From a cyanobacterium endosymbiont of Rhopalodia gibba (GTDB lineage: Bacteria; Cyanobacteriota; Cyanobacteriia; Cyanobacteriales; Microcystaceae), in the NCBI GenBank assembly GCA_045159875.1, contig CP067995.1:64001-128000 (forward strand): a stretch of DNA of 64,000 bases. Direction: 5' to 3'. Positions within the stretch are counted from its first letter, which is position 1. Each line of letters begins with the position of its first letter. A program made the position numbers and the translations under genes. Under the pieces are notes generated by a model, which made no database searches, was not told the DNA's origin, and saw nothing but the letters and a program-made list of their open reading frames with translations. Shown here in pieces: positions 36,941 through 48,209 of the stretch.

Positions 36941-38161
36941 TTATTTTTTATCCTCAATATGATTCAATAAAAGTTTAGCAATTCTGACAGATGCTCCAGG
37001 CGGACCAAAGCGTTTTTGTCCTTTTTGAAAACAGGTGGCTAAATACTCCTTATCCTCTACTGTTTCCGCTATTCGTTTGGCTGCTTCACGAAGGGTTTCT
37101 AAAGTAGCAGGTCCGGTCCCAATAGTTTGGGCACAACTACCAATGAGTCTGGTTTGCGCCTCGGCAAATTCATAAGTAAATTGGGGTCCCTCTCCTGGGA
37201 CTTGAATGACAGGTTTTCCTAAGGCTATCCCTTGATCTACTGCTAACCCTGCCATTCCTAACATTAGGGTACAATTGTGTAGAATATCGCTAAAAGCGTC
37301 AGAATAACACCTGACTTCGGCTATTCCGTGATCAGACTGATAAGTTAATTGACCTTCTTTGTGTTCCCATCCTTCATTGTTGGCTATTTCGGCTAATTGG
37401 TTCATTAGTTTGGGGACCAACGCTGCTCGAAATTGAATGTGATCGGTGGACATCACTTTAATAATTTCTAGAACAAGGCTCAATTGCAATTTAAAATTAC
37501 GTTCTGCTTCAGGAAGTCTTGATCCTGGAAGTAAGGCGATAGTGGGAATGTTGGGGTTAAGATGTAGATCTTTTCCCGTAGGGATGAGTTTATCTAGAGA
37601 AGGAATTCCGCCGAATTTGGCTTTAGTGATTCCTTGTCGTTTAAGATCTTGAGCGGTATAAGGATCTCTAGTCACCACCGCTAAACATTTTGGTGATCGC
37701 AGGAAATGCCCAATAAACGGACCAATATATAATTTCCCTTCATAAAGACTCGACAGACAGGAAATAAAAGAAACGTAGGGATATCCTGTAGAATAGGCAA
37801 AGCCTTGGGATACAGTATCCCCTGTTGCCATAATTAAGTCACAAGTGGAGGCATATTCCCAAACTGCTTTTAATTGCCTCCAGGCTAACCCAATCAATCC
37901 GGCTCGGAGGTCTGTAAGAAAACGCCAACGGTTAATATAGGAAAATCCTCCAGAGGGCATATTTTGAGTAGGTCCAATAATCGGAATATTCAACCGACGA
38001 TAGGCATTTCCTTCTCCGACAATAGGCATTGCTGCTATCTCTAGGTCCGGACAAAGTTCGAGTAATGTTTCAATCACATAAGAGGAGTGGTTATCCTCTC
38101 CATGTCCATTACTAATAAATAAGATTCTTTTTTGGGAAGATGACATAAGAATTTTTAACAA
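36941..38161 (-). CDS. Lipid-A-disaccharide synthase-related protein (cyanobacterial GT-B family)
   Basis: ISNGHGED, MPSGGF, LLPGSR.PEA, GPQFTYEFAEAQ.RL. Confidence 0.85.
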   Translation of the reverse strand: MLKILMSSSQKRILFISNGHGEDNHSSYVIETLLELCPDLEIAAMPIVGEGNAYRRLNIPIIGPTQNMPSGGFSYINRWRFLTDLRAGLIGLAWRQLKAVWEYASTCDLIMATGDTVSQGFAYSTGYPYVSFISCLSSLYEGKLYIGPFIGHFLRSPKCLAVVTRDPYTAQDLKRQGITKAKFGGIPSLDKLIPTGKDLHLNPNIPTIALLPGSRLPEAERNFKLQLSLVLEIIKVMSTDHIQFRAALVPKLMNQLAEIANNEGWEHKEGQLTYQSDHGIAEVRCYSDAFSDILHNCTLMLGMAGLAVDQGIALGKPVIQVPGEGPQFTYEFAEAQTRLIGSCAQTIGTGPATLETLREAAKRIAETVEDKEYLATCFQKGQKRFGPPGASVRIAKLLLNHIEDKK

Positions 38162-38238
38162 TTAATTTTCAACGTGACACCCTACCATAGAGATCTCACT
38201 AGATACTCAATATGTTTCAACGGTCAGACAAGTTTGGG

Positions 38239-39033
38239 TTAATTGATCTCTTGTTTTAAAGATCTAAAAAATTCTTCAACCGAACTTAATCCTTCTTCGG
38301 GAGTTCCCTTAGATAACCGTTTGACAATAGCACTTCCTACAATTACTGCATCCGCCCCCCAATTTTTCACCTGAACTGCATGTTTAACTTCGGAGATACC
38401 GAAACCGACCCCAATAGGTTTGTCAGTAACATTATGTAAACTATTGATTAACTCTTCTACCCTACTGGCTACTTGTGAGCGCACTCCCGTTACTCCAGTC
38501 ACACTCACCAAATAGATAAACCCCTGAGATTGACGGGCAATTGCCTGAATCCGTTCTATGGGACTATTAGGAGCAACTAATAGGGTTACTTCAACGCCCT
38601 CCGCGGCTGCAAGGTTTAACAAGCTCTGAGCTTCTTCTAGAGGCAAATCAGGAACAACTAGACCTTTGACCCCAGCTTCTTTAACTCGTTTCAGGAAAGC
38701 TTCTACTCCATGATAAAAAATAGGATTGTAGTAGGTAAATAAAACAATCGGAGCCTTAATTTCTGGGGAAACTTGTTTAACAATTCCTAAGATATCTTGT
38801 AATTTAATTCCATGGACTAAGGCACGGGTAGCGGCTGCTTGTATCACAGGTCCATCAGCCAAGGAATCGGCATAGGGAACCCCTAACTCAATTAAATCTG
38901 CTCCTAAACTATCAAGAAGGTGTAAAGCTCGGACAGTAGTGTCTAAATCAGGATCACCGGCTGTGATAAAGGGAATTAAGGCACATCGACCGTGATCGCG
39001 TAGAGATTGGAAACAATCAGAAACCGAGGTCAT
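38239..39033 (-). CDS. trpA: Tryptophan synthase alpha chain
   Basis: [44 protein letters not shown]. Confidence 0.98.
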   Translation of the reverse strand: MTSVSDCFQSLRDHGRCALIPFITAGDPDLDTTVRALHLLDSLGADLIELGVPYADSLADGPVIQAAATRALVHGIKLQDILGIVKQVSPEIKAPIVLFTYYNPIFYHGVEAFLKRVKEAGVKGLVVPDLPLEEAQSLLNLAAAEGVEVTLLVAPNSPIERIQAIARQSQGFIYLVSVTGVTGVRSQVASRVEELINSLHNVTDKPIGVGFGISEVKHAVQVKNWGADAVIVGSAIVKRLSKGTPEEGLSSVEEFFRSLKQEIN

Positions 39034-39113
39034 AATTGTAGATTACCAAGTCGAAAGTTAGAAGGGATAAACCTGTGTTGACCCTTACAGAGGTCAGATA
39101 CAATTCTTATTGA

Positions 39114-39428
39114 TTAATATTCAGACGTTGATTGTTCTTGTGCCATTTCCTGTTGTAATTTACCAAGTTCTTCTGAGCTCATTGCTTCAAGTCGTTTTTC
39201 TAAGACTGCATCTTCATAGTCTTTAACTTGTTGATTGTAGGTCATTTTTTTACCCATTACTCTAAACAGATAGGTAAGCGTCCAGCCAAGCAGACCTACT
39301 ATCAATAAGGACTGACTCCAAATTCCAGCTGATATTCCATCAAATCCTACAGTCTCAAAAAATAGATAAGCTACCCCACCTGCGGCAAAAACAGCAATTC
39401 CAATGGCAATAACATCAATTCGTCGCAT
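39114..39428 (-). CDS. DUF3007-family membrane protein
   Basis: MRRIDV, AGIWSQ, TYLFRV..K.MTY.QQ..DYE; sits in the usual ndhL-DUF3007-trpA order. Confidence 0.88.
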   Translation of the reverse strand: MRRIDVIAIGIAVFAAGGVAYLFFETVGFDGISAGIWSQSLLIVGLLGWTLTYLFRVMGKKMTYNQQVKDYEDAVLEKRLEAMSSEELGKLQQEMAQEQSTSEY

Positions 39429-39466
39429 GGTGTGTTATATCTTTAAATTTAAGTTGATTCCTGGAA

Positions 39467-39712
39467 TTAAGTTGTTATATTACGCCGTTTAGGTCGAAAA
39501 TTCAAAAAAGGACTCAACACCAACATTCCTGGGAAAAAGAAAAACATCAAAAAATACATGAATACTCGTTCAAACGAACTAGCCACATACCAACGACTGT
39601 TTAGATAAAAATAGACTATTCCCGGAATAATCAACAGATAGAGAACGCTCAAAGTTAGGTAGAGCATGGCGACTGAAAGAGTATTGTTTGTTAGAAAGTT
39701 AGCTATGGTCAT
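39467..39712 (-). CDS. ndhL: NAD(P)H-quinone oxidoreductase subunit L
   Basis: [37 protein letters not shown]. Confidence 0.95.
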   Translation of the reverse strand: MTIANFLTNNTLSVAMLYLTLSVLYLLIIPGIVYFYLNSRWYVASSFERVFMYFLMFFFFPGMLVLSPFLNFRPKRRNITT

Positions 39713-39879
39713 TGTTCAACAGTAAATATTTACACTTAGCTTAGTTTACCTAAAATCTTCGCAGAATGCCCTCACTACAGTCAACGGGGACACATCGAAA
39801 GCGACCTACTTAAATACATTGTATAGACGTAGAATGGTGCCGTCTACTAAAGTAAGAGAATCTGAATGGACAGTGTAGT

Positions 39880-40160
39880 TAAAAAACCTTGGCTTTTTAT
39901 TCAGAAAACCAGATTAAACGGGTGAGAGTTGTTAGATATAGCAATAAATGTGCTTATATAAAGATTTCCAATATTTTAGAAAGTTATCTCAAGGATGATG
40001 TAGAGCATACGGAAACTGACTTAAAAGCTTTCGAAGAGTCCGGCTTTGTAGTTTTTTGATGGAAACATTGAGAATGTAAACAGTTTCGGCTGAGCAAGGA
40101 ATTTCTAACAGAAGTGTAGAAAAAATCCCCTGTTACAACAGAGGTTAATAGGGGTATGCT
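39880..40160 (+). mobile_element. Probable IS200/IS605 tnpB 3'-end remnant
   Basis: VEHTETDLKAFEE (cf. TVGHTET.AWGE tail of cyanobacterial TnpB) followed by a CCCCT..AGGGG subterminal hairpin at about 40127-40154. Confidence 0.5.
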
Positions 40161-41074
40161 GAATTTTATGCTCTTTTAAAAAGGAATATATTCTTGCCCT
40201 TTTAAGAAAGCTTAACTCTTCTGTAAGCTTGTCTCCATATTGATTACATCTAAATTTAACAACGATTAATCTTTACAAGATCAAGATATACAGTTTTTTT
40301 TAAAAATAAATCTTTAATAGTTACTTCATTATTATAACAAAAATTACTGGTTGTTAAACAACAATAAGTCCAAGTTGCCTTTAGTTACATTTCTTTTAGA
40401 TAATTCAATTGTTCCTATCTCACTTAAAATTAGTTAATGGGTTAACTCTAAATTTAGAATTTTATTTGTTAATCTAGCTAGATTTAGTATTTTATCCCAT
40501 AGATATAAACTGGTTAAGATATTGGGTTTAGCATAATTTAAGGACAAGAGCTAAATATTATATACATAATAGTCATGGCTTTTTATTAACTTATTGTTGA
40601 TGCTCTAACTTTCTCTTTATATTTCCTTAAAATTTTAAGTTCGATAGAACCAATAAGTGTAAACTAGAAAAGTGGTTAAAAAATAATGATTGCTAGATAT
40701 TAGCCTGCTTAATAATTTAGGTTAAAAAATTGGAATAGCAAGAATCATCGAAATTAACTAAGGATTTTAAAAATTTATCCGGAGGAATGGGAACAGAAAT
40801 TAAATATAATTTAACTAAGGCAGTTAAGTAAAATTTTTGTTAAAACACAAACTCCAAAAACACAAATTAAAATAACATAAATTGAGCTCAATAATTGCTT
40901 ATAAATAGATATATTAAACAATTTTTTTGTTGACGTTTATTGAAAGCTACCTACTTAATCATAATTATTTTTCTTTCAAAAAAAGAAAGAAAAGTAGCAA
41001 AAAATATTCTTGGTTAGACAGGTTAGACAGGTATTAAGATAAAATTTGAATCAAAATTGTTGTAACGGGTTAAC

Positions 41075-42352
41075 GTGGCTAAAGTTATTTTAGAACATCT
41101 TTATAAGAGTTTCTTCCCTAGGTCCGCCAAATCGACCCCTTCAGAAACTGAGTCAAATCTTTCGAAAAGTAAGCAAGCCAACGTTTTACGAGATATTAAC
41201 TTGACGGTTAACGACGGGGAATTTATGGTCCTTGTTGGACCTTCAGGTTGTGGAAAAAGTACATTATTACGGCTTATTTGTGGACTGGAAACAGCAACGG
41301 GGGGCAATATTAAAATTGGTGATCGTGTCATGAACACTCTTCCTCCAAAACAACGGGATATTGCCATGGTCTTCCAAAATTATGCTCTTTATCCTCATCT
41401 CAATGTCTATGATAATATTGCTTTTGGTTTGCGTCGTATGAGCCGAGATAACTCAACAAAATCAATCTCATCCTTACCTAAGTGGCTAGAATCAGCTTTA
41501 GTTAACTTGACACGGTTATTACCTAAGTCTTGGCGTTATCTTTCTACGACAGAACAAGTTATTAAGGAAAAAGTCTCCCAAGTTGCTCAACTTTTAGAAC
41601 TGGATCATCTCTTAGATCGCTTTCCTAAAGAGTTATCAGGGGGACAAAAACAACGGGTGGCTTTAGGACGCGCAATCTCCCGTAAACCGCAAGTATTTTT
41701 GATGGATGAACCCTTGTCGAATTTAGACACTACATTGCGGGTAATGATGCGTTCAGAAATTGTTCAACTACAACGAAAGATGAACATTACCACCATTTAT
41801 GTCACCCACGATCAAACTGAAGCAATGACCATGGGCGACCGTATTGCGGTCATAAATGATGGAGAAATTCAACAACTCGCCCCTCCTTTAGAACTTTATA
41901 ATCATCCTGCTAATCGTTTTGTGGCAGAATTTATTGGGTCATCTCCTATGAATTTTCTCGAGGTTACAGTTGATACTCCTGCCACGATTACTCATCCCCA
42001 ATTTTCTCTAAAACTACCGCAGTTTTGGGAATCTTATCTTAAAAGATATATTCGAACCACAGTATATTTAGGGATTAGACCCGAACATTTGACTCTTGGG
42101 TTTCCTTCACCAAATAATTTAGAAGTCAAAGTGAATTCAATCGAAAATTTAGGCAATGAAACTTCGATTTCTTTTCACCTAGTTACTGATCCAAATTCTT
42201 TGATAAAAGTTTGTCTGTCTTCTGATAATTGGGCTGAAATCAATAAAAATAGACAAAGTTTTTGGTTGTCTTTAAATCCAACTAAAATTCATCTATTTGA
42301 CTATAAAACTCAAAAATCTATTCAAAAAGATTCTAGAATGATAACAAACTAA
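41075..42352 (+). CDS. Sugar ABC transporter ATP-binding subunit (MalK/MsmX/GgtA-like)
   Basis: GPSGCGKST, MVFQNYALYPHL, LSGGQKQRVALGRA, DEPLSNLD, C-terminal TOBE-like region. Confidence 0.93.
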   Translation: MAKVILEHLYKSFFPRSAKSTPSETESNLSKSKQANVLRDINLTVNDGEFMVLVGPSGCGKSTLLRLICGLETATGGNIKIGDRVMNTLPPKQRDIAMVFQNYALYPHLNVYDNIAFGLRRMSRDNSTKSISSLPKWLESALVNLTRLLPKSWRYLSTTEQVIKEKVSQVAQLLELDHLLDRFPKELSGGQKQRVALGRAISRKPQVFLMDEPLSNLDTTLRVMMRSEIVQLQRKMNITTIYVTHDQTEAMTMGDRIAVINDGEIQQLAPPLELYNHPANRFVAEFIGSSPMNFLEVTVDTPATITHPQFSLKLPQFWESYLKRYIRTTVYLGIRPEHLTLGFPSPNNLEVKVNSIENLGNETSISFHLVTDPNSLIKVCLSSDNWAEINKNRQSFWLSLNPTKIHLFDYKTQKSIQKDSRMITN

Positions 42353-42375
42353 GTTTATTTAATTGCTTAGAATTT

Positions 42376-43569
42376 ATGTTTAAATTTAAACAATTCGGAT
42401 TAGATATTTTATTAGGATTATGTGGTATTGTTTTTGCCTTAGGTGTAAGTGAAATTGGGTTAAGAATTGCCCGAGTTTCCTATCCTAGTTTTTATCAAGT
42501 CGATGAATATAGAGGACACGTTTTAATTCCAGGAGTTTCTGGTTGGTGGACTCAAGAAGGAAAAGCATGGGTTAAGGTAAATAAAGATGGATTACGAGAT
42601 AAATACTATACCAAAGAAAAATCAAAAAATACTTTTAGAATTGCTATTTTAGGAGACTCTTTTGCCGAAGCAATTCAAGTAAATTTAGAGGAAACTTTTT
42701 GGTCATTTATTGAACAGGAATTACGTAATTGTCCCAGTATTAATAATCGGATAGTCGAGTCCATCAATTTTGGGGTGGGAGACTATGGAACCGCCCAAGA
42801 ATTAATGACTTTAAAACACCAGGTTAAACACTATTCTCCTGACATGATAATCCTAGCTATTTTCACAGGGAACGATATTGTTAATAATTCAAAAGTATTG
42901 AGTTCTGATGATAGATTTAGTCCTTTTTTAATTGAACAAGAGGGTAAGTTTTTTATGGATTTTTCTTTAAAGGAAACAAAAACCTATCAATGGCGTAGTA
43001 GTTTAACGAGAAAGGTAATTTTCTCTATTATTAATAATTCTTATTTATTACAGATGATAAATAAAGCAAGAATTACTTTTAAAAATCGCCATAGTTTCTT
43101 GGTTAAAGAAACTCCAAATAATGATAGTTTGAATATTATTAAATCTCTTGATTTTATGCCAGAACTTTACTTAGAAAATGAGGATGAAGACTGGGAGAAA
43201 GCCTGGGATATTACCGAAGAATTAGTTAGAATGATTAGGCAAGAAAGTGAAACACTAAAAGCTAAGTTTCTAGCTGTAACATTGAGTAATCCAGCACAAG
43301 TTTATCCTGATAAATCTCTACGAGATAAATATTTTCAAAAAGGAAGAGTGGCAGATCAATTCTCTCCTGACAAACGAATTAAGGCGTTAGGAGAAAAAGA
43401 GAAATTTGATGTGCTTAATCTAGCCCCAGAATTCCAGTACTATGCAGATAAAAATAATCAATTTTTACACGGATTTGAAAATACTGCTTTAGGAAGTGGA
43501 CATTGGAATCAATTAGGACATAAACTTGCTGGGGAATTAATTACTAGGAAAGTTTGTAAGATGCTTTAG
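42376..43569 (+). CDS. Membrane-anchored SGNH/GDSL hydrolase family protein
   Basis: N-terminal TM, LGDSF, NFGVGDYGTAQE, GND, GHWNQLGH. Confidence 0.85.
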   Translation: MFKFKQFGLDILLGLCGIVFALGVSEIGLRIARVSYPSFYQVDEYRGHVLIPGVSGWWTQEGKAWVKVNKDGLRDKYYTKEKSKNTFRIAILGDSFAEAIQVNLEETFWSFIEQELRNCPSINNRIVESINFGVGDYGTAQELMTLKHQVKHYSPDMIILAIFTGNDIVNNSKVLSSDDRFSPFLIEQEGKFFMDFSLKETKTYQWRSSLTRKVIFSIINNSYLLQMINKARITFKNRHSFLVKETPNNDSLNIIKSLDFMPELYLENEDEDWEKAWDITEELVRMIRQESETLKAKFLAVTLSNPAQVYPDKSLRDKYFQKGRVADQFSPDKRIKALGEKEKFDVLNLAPEFQYYADKNNQFLHGFENTALGSGHWNQLGHKLAGELITRKVCKML

Positions 43570-43939
43570 CTATCATCTAATTTTATCTAAAATAAGACTA
43601 CATTGAAAGCTTACAAGGCAAGTATTTAAGATTTTTCTTGGCTTGTTATTCAGAGTATAAAGTAGGTTTATTGGTTGATTCTGGTCAATTTTCTATCTTA
43701 ATTTATTCTATGTCTGTTAGTTTGTTATGAGTAAATCAAGAAAGTTTTTATGAAGATAAACATAATTCAAAATAAATCTACGGTTATCCATGATTGATAA
43801 ATCCTGTAACCTGGAGAAGGAGCTTGTTATTTAGATGCAAATGTCATAATTTTGAATATTGAAGAAACTGAAAAAGTTTTTGTCAAAAAAAATATTAATT
43901 TTTCCTACTACTGCTGAGTTAGATTATAAAAGTTGATAT

Positions 43940-44500
43940 TTAGTTTTGACTCTTAGAAACTTTGAAACTAGATACAATTTTACTCGGAATTTTTTCTAAA
44001 ATTCTGGAAATAAGCATCTCGGGAGTGTCGTTTTTATTGATGAAAATTCGTAAATCTCCTTGAGTATATAAAGAACGTCGCTGCTCTAATAAGGAGTTTA
44101 ACTTACTCGCTAAATCAGTCTTTTGTAAAAGGGGACGGGTTTGATCGTTAGCTAAACGAGCTGTTAATAATTCTACAGAAGCATCTAACCAGATAATTAA
44201 ACCGTGACGAAGATGACCCCAGTTCTGAGATCTCAAGACAATACCCCCTCCCGTTGCAATCACACTTTTGGTACAGGCGGCTACTTCTATAAGTACTTGG
44301 CTTTCAATTTGTCGAAAGTTTTCCTCTCCTATGGAAGCAAAAATCTTGTTAATAGGTTGTTGTGTCACTCGTTCAATTAAAACGTCCGTATCAAAAAAAC
44401 GATAACCTAACTCTTGTGCTAAAAGTTTTCCCACAGTAGTTTTTCCTATTCCCATCATTCCGATGAGGAAAATATTTATGCCTCGAAGTAACTCTTGCAT
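43940..44500 (-). CDS. aroK: Shikimate kinase
   Basis: LIGMMGIGKTTVG, FDTD, ATGGG, RPLL; ATG at 44500. Confidence 0.96.
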   Translation of the reverse strand: MQELLRGINIFLIGMMGIGKTTVGKLLAQELGYRFFDTDVLIERVTQQPINKIFASIGEENFRQIESQVLIEVAACTKSVIATGGGIVLRSQNWGHLRHGLIIWLDASVELLTARLANDQTRPLLQKTDLASKLNSLLEQRRSLYTQGDLRIFINKNDTPEMLISRILEKIPSKIVSSFKVSKSQN

Positions 44501-44663
44501 TTCCAATAATTTGACAATTGAAAGTCTACGTCTGTCCAACCTAGTCTAAATTAGACGTTTTAGAAAAGTTAAAATGACCAGATTGAATCCTCACTTTTTT
44601 TGTTAATTTTTTAGTTAAAATGCATAATATTCCCATCAAAAACTCAAAATTAATTGAATCTTT

Positions 44664-44849
44664 CTAAGAATAGTTTCTTTTACGTTGTTTCTGTTTTTCT
44701 ATTGCTTTCCGTTTACGTTTTTCAGTCGGCGTTTCAAAATGACGGTGTTTTTTCATATCAGTAAAAATTCCAGCTTTACTGACCTGTCTTTTAAAACGAC
44801 GTAGAGCTGATTCAATCCCTTCATGCTCTCCCAAAATTATTTGGGTCAT
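44664..44849 (-). CDS. rpsU: 30S ribosomal protein S21
   Basis: [29 protein letters not shown]. Confidence 0.97.
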   Translation of the reverse strand: MTQIILGEHEGIESALRRFKRQVSKAGIFTDMKKHRHFETPTEKRKRKAIEKQKQRKRNYS

Positions 44850-44921
44850 TATTTATGTCCTCAGTTAACTATGTACGATTACTAGGTCGAGATGAGTCAA
44901 TACTAACATTATTGGTAGATT

Positions 44922-45236
44922 TTAAGTAGAACTTATTTGACTAGGCATAATAGTACCATTGAGGTAAGCATTGCTTAGATTGACATTACTTAAGTCAATT
45001 GCACTAAGATTAGCTGAAGTCAAATTGGTTAAGGTGAAATTAGCTCCCGTTAAGGTTGCCTGGGTCAGATTGACATAACTTAAATTAGCATTGGTTAAGT
45101 TAGCTCCTCTGAGATCAGCACCACTTAAATTAGCCCCACTTAAGTTTACACTTCTCAAATTAGCAGCAATTAGATTAATGTTTCTAAAATCTCTTTGTCC
45201 AACAGCATATCGGCTCAGTATTTCTTGTGTATTCAT
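44922..45236 (-). CDS. Pentapeptide repeat protein
   Basis: RYA.G.RDF N-cap followed by A(N/D)LSG repeats. Confidence 0.92.
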   Translation of the reverse strand: MNTQEILSRYAVGQRDFRNINLIAANLRSVNLSGANLSGADLRGANLTNANLSYVNLTQATLTGANFTLTNLTSANLSAIDLSNVNLSNAYLNGTIMPSQISST

Positions 45237-45319
45237 ACAATATCCTCGTTTATTAAGAAAATGCAGTATTTTTAACTTTTAGTTCTGATTAGTGTCATGT
45301 AGACTTTGAATCTAATGAT

Positions 45320-45362
45320 TTTGTGTTTTAAGCCGGGTTTGGCTTTATTCATATTGAGACAT
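45320..45362 (-). pseudogene. Possible internally deleted RRM RNA-binding protein (rbp) remnant
   Basis: TTTGGAACTACATCT-ATGTCT start context joined almost directly to AATAAAGCCAAACCC (NKAKP), the Rbp RRM C-terminal motif; lies upstream of pentapeptide-rpsU. Confidence 0.45.
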
Positions 45363-47067
45363 AGATGTAGTTCCAAAGAAAGGGTCTAGAAAGTTAAATT
45401 CGCTAAGAGTTCTTATCAATAACTTACGAGAGTAATTCTCATAAGGGCATTTTAGCATAATCTCTAAACATTTCCCTAAATTTTAGAGTTCTCTCTATTG
45501 AGAGATAAAAGAATTCAATAAGCAAGCTTTAAAACAAGTTAAAACTAAAATACAATAGAAATACCCCGAGTACTTTTATCTGATTGACTTATTTAGTGAA
45601 CAGTTAGCAGCTTAAATTTTAGCTAAATATCCTATGTTTTTATTTTTTGTCTTTTGTTATAGCCTCTATTGTGATTGATTTTTATTTTAAAAAAACAATA
45701 TTTGCTAAGTACTTAACCAAGATATATTTAACCTTATTAAAATTTAAAATTGTACTAATTACCCTCTCTAATAGTTAAAATTTTTAAAAATATATTTAAA
45801 GTAAAAATATCATGATAGATTACCTGAATAGGTTTATTTAAAAAATAACAAAAAGTATATTTAAGAAGGAAATATGAGAAACATATTTATGGCGGTTCTG
45901 CTTACTTTATTTACTGATACTTATAGACTTTATAAGTTTTATTTGAGGGAAAGTTATACCGGTATATTATATTTACTTAATTTTGTGGAAACTCATCTTA
46001 CTGATTAGAGCATTTGTTTAGTCACATTAATCAATATTTATAAATATTGATATTGGGTAATATTTTTAATACTAAATAATGTAATTTTTTATTTCTTAAG
46101 TAGTAAGTCAAAATTAAAACTTCACAACGATAAAAAAGGAACTACAATATATTCTATAAATTAATTTAATATTAAAAAATATTGCGTTAGAAAATAAAAA
46201 ATATTTTTAATTATATTTGACCTCTTTCCTTAGAAAGAAATAATTGACTAGAGTATTATATTTAGTTTTGATAGACATTTACCTAAAATTCTATATGCCT
46301 TACTAAGGCTAGTATATTTACTCTCTGATAAAATCAAGACAAGTATTTTTTAACTTAGAAGATTAGCTTCCTGGAAAGAACTTTTATCTACCTTAGAAAA
46401 CAACCTAAGTAGAGTATCCAGGTTGATACAAATAAATAAAATCTGGTTTCCTCATCAATAAAAGTCGTTGCCTACACTACTTATTTATTGTATATATCTT
46501 GGACAAAAAAATTGCTAATGAACGTGTCTTTCAATTTATCTTAAACTCATGTATTCCTATGACTGATAATGTTTATCTACTTTTATATCTCTGTGATATT
46601 TTATTCCGTTTCCTTGCACAAAGTATTTTTTAGATTTGATACATCTGAAAAATACTTCGCTAAATTAAATATATTTTTATGTTTCAAATGAAAGATCGTA
46701 TACAAAAGGGAATTACATAAGCTTAACCCTTATAAATTAGTAAGTATAAATACTATCTGAATAATTAATTCTATACTTTTGTAGGTTAAACCAACTAAGG
46801 TAATTTAGTACAGTCTATTTGAACAACAGAACAGCAAATGGCTAGTCCTTTATTCAGTTTTAATCTATTAAAGGTTTTTGAAAGTATCTGTGCTCTATTC
46901 TGTTACCCAATAACTTCAAGATTATAATCATTTTCGATATCACTTTTTTTTAAAAAACTACAACGAAAGAAATTGTCATACTTAGTGTAAGCTGCCAGAA
47001 AAAACAGCTACAATGGACGGATATTCTTGTACTATAAATTTTTGTCTAAAAACTTTTTGAGGTGTTA

Positions 47068-48111
47068 ATGGCTACTATAACTAATAATCCTGATAAAGAA
47101 AAAGCCCTAGACTTAGTTCTCAATCAAATTGAACGAAATTTTGGCAAAGGCTCTATCATGCGCCTAGGAGATGCAGCCCGGATGCGGGTAGAAACCATCC
47201 CCAGTGGAGCATTAACCTTAGATCTAGCTCTAGGAGGAGGATTCCCCCAAGGACGAGTAATTGAGATTTATGGTCCTGAAAGTTCTGGGAAAACTACTCT
47301 CGCTCTCCATGCGATTGCCGAAGTCCAAAAAGCCGGAGGGGTAGCGGCTTTCGTCGATGCAGAACACGCCCTTGATCCCACCTATTCCCATGCGTTAGGG
47401 GTAGATATTAAAAATTTGCTCGTTGCTCAACCTGATACCGGAGAATCAGCCTTAGAAATTGTTGATCAATTGGTTAGATCCTCTGCGGTTGATGTAGTCG
47501 TGATAGATTCTGTAGCCGCCTTAGTTCCCCGTGCTGAAATTGAAGGAGAAATGGGGGACACCCAGGTGGGGTTACAAGCTCGCCTTATGAGTAAAGCTTT
47601 ACGAAAAGTTGCCGGAAATATTGGAAAATCAGGCTGTGTCGTCATTTTTCTGAACCAACTACGTCAAAAGATAGGAGTTACCTATGGTAGTCCTGAAGTT
47701 ACTACAGGAGGAAACGCTCTGAAATTTTATGCCTCAGTCCGTTTAGATATTCGCCGTATTCAAACTCTCAAAAAAGGTAATGAAGGAGAGTACGGGATTC
47801 GAGCTAAAGTTAAAGTCGCCAAAAATAAAGTTGCCCCTCCTTTTCGTATAGCTGAGTTTGATATTATCTTTGGTAAGGGAATTTCTCGCATGGGCTGTAT
47901 GCTAGATTTAGCTGAACAAACTGATGTCATAAGTCGTAAAGGGGCATGGTACAGCTACAATGGAGATAACATCTCCCAGGGACGAGAAAATGCGGTTAAG
48001 TACCTTGAAGAGAATCTCAAAGTTGCGGAAACTATCGAGCAGCAAGTTCGAGAAAAACTTGAATTAGGTTCTCTTGGTTTTGCTGTTTCCAAAACTGATG
48101 AAGAAGAATAA
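47068..48111 (+). CDS. recA: Recombinase A
   Basis: [36 protein letters not shown]. Confidence 0.99.
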   Translation: MATITNNPDKEKALDLVLNQIERNFGKGSIMRLGDAARMRVETIPSGALTLDLALGGGFPQGRVIEIYGPESSGKTTLALHAIAEVQKAGGVAAFVDAEHALDPTYSHALGVDIKNLLVAQPDTGESALEIVDQLVRSSAVDVVVIDSVAALVPRAEIEGEMGDTQVGLQARLMSKALRKVAGNIGKSGCVVIFLNQLRQKIGVTYGSPEVTTGGNALKFYASVRLDIRRIQTLKKGNEGEYGIRAKVKVAKNKVAPPFRIAEFDIIFGKGISRMGCMLDLAEQTDVISRKGAWYSYNGDNISQGRENAVKYLEENLKVAETIEQQVREKLELGSLGFAVSKTDEEE

Positions 48112-48209
48112 AAAAACTAAAATTAAATAAAATAATATTAAAGATAGGGTGGGTAAAGCTCTTGCTCACCTTTCTGGTCGGTAACCTTGTTATTCAACAA
48201 TGATATCAG

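Noticed and set aside
43790..43920. YLDANVII, resembling a PIN/VapC N-terminus
   Set aside because: Only a few residues match; could be chance.
46800..47060. Search for a cyanobacterial LexA box upstream of recA
   Set aside because: Only AGTAC half-sites; no full RGTAC-N3-DGTWCB match.
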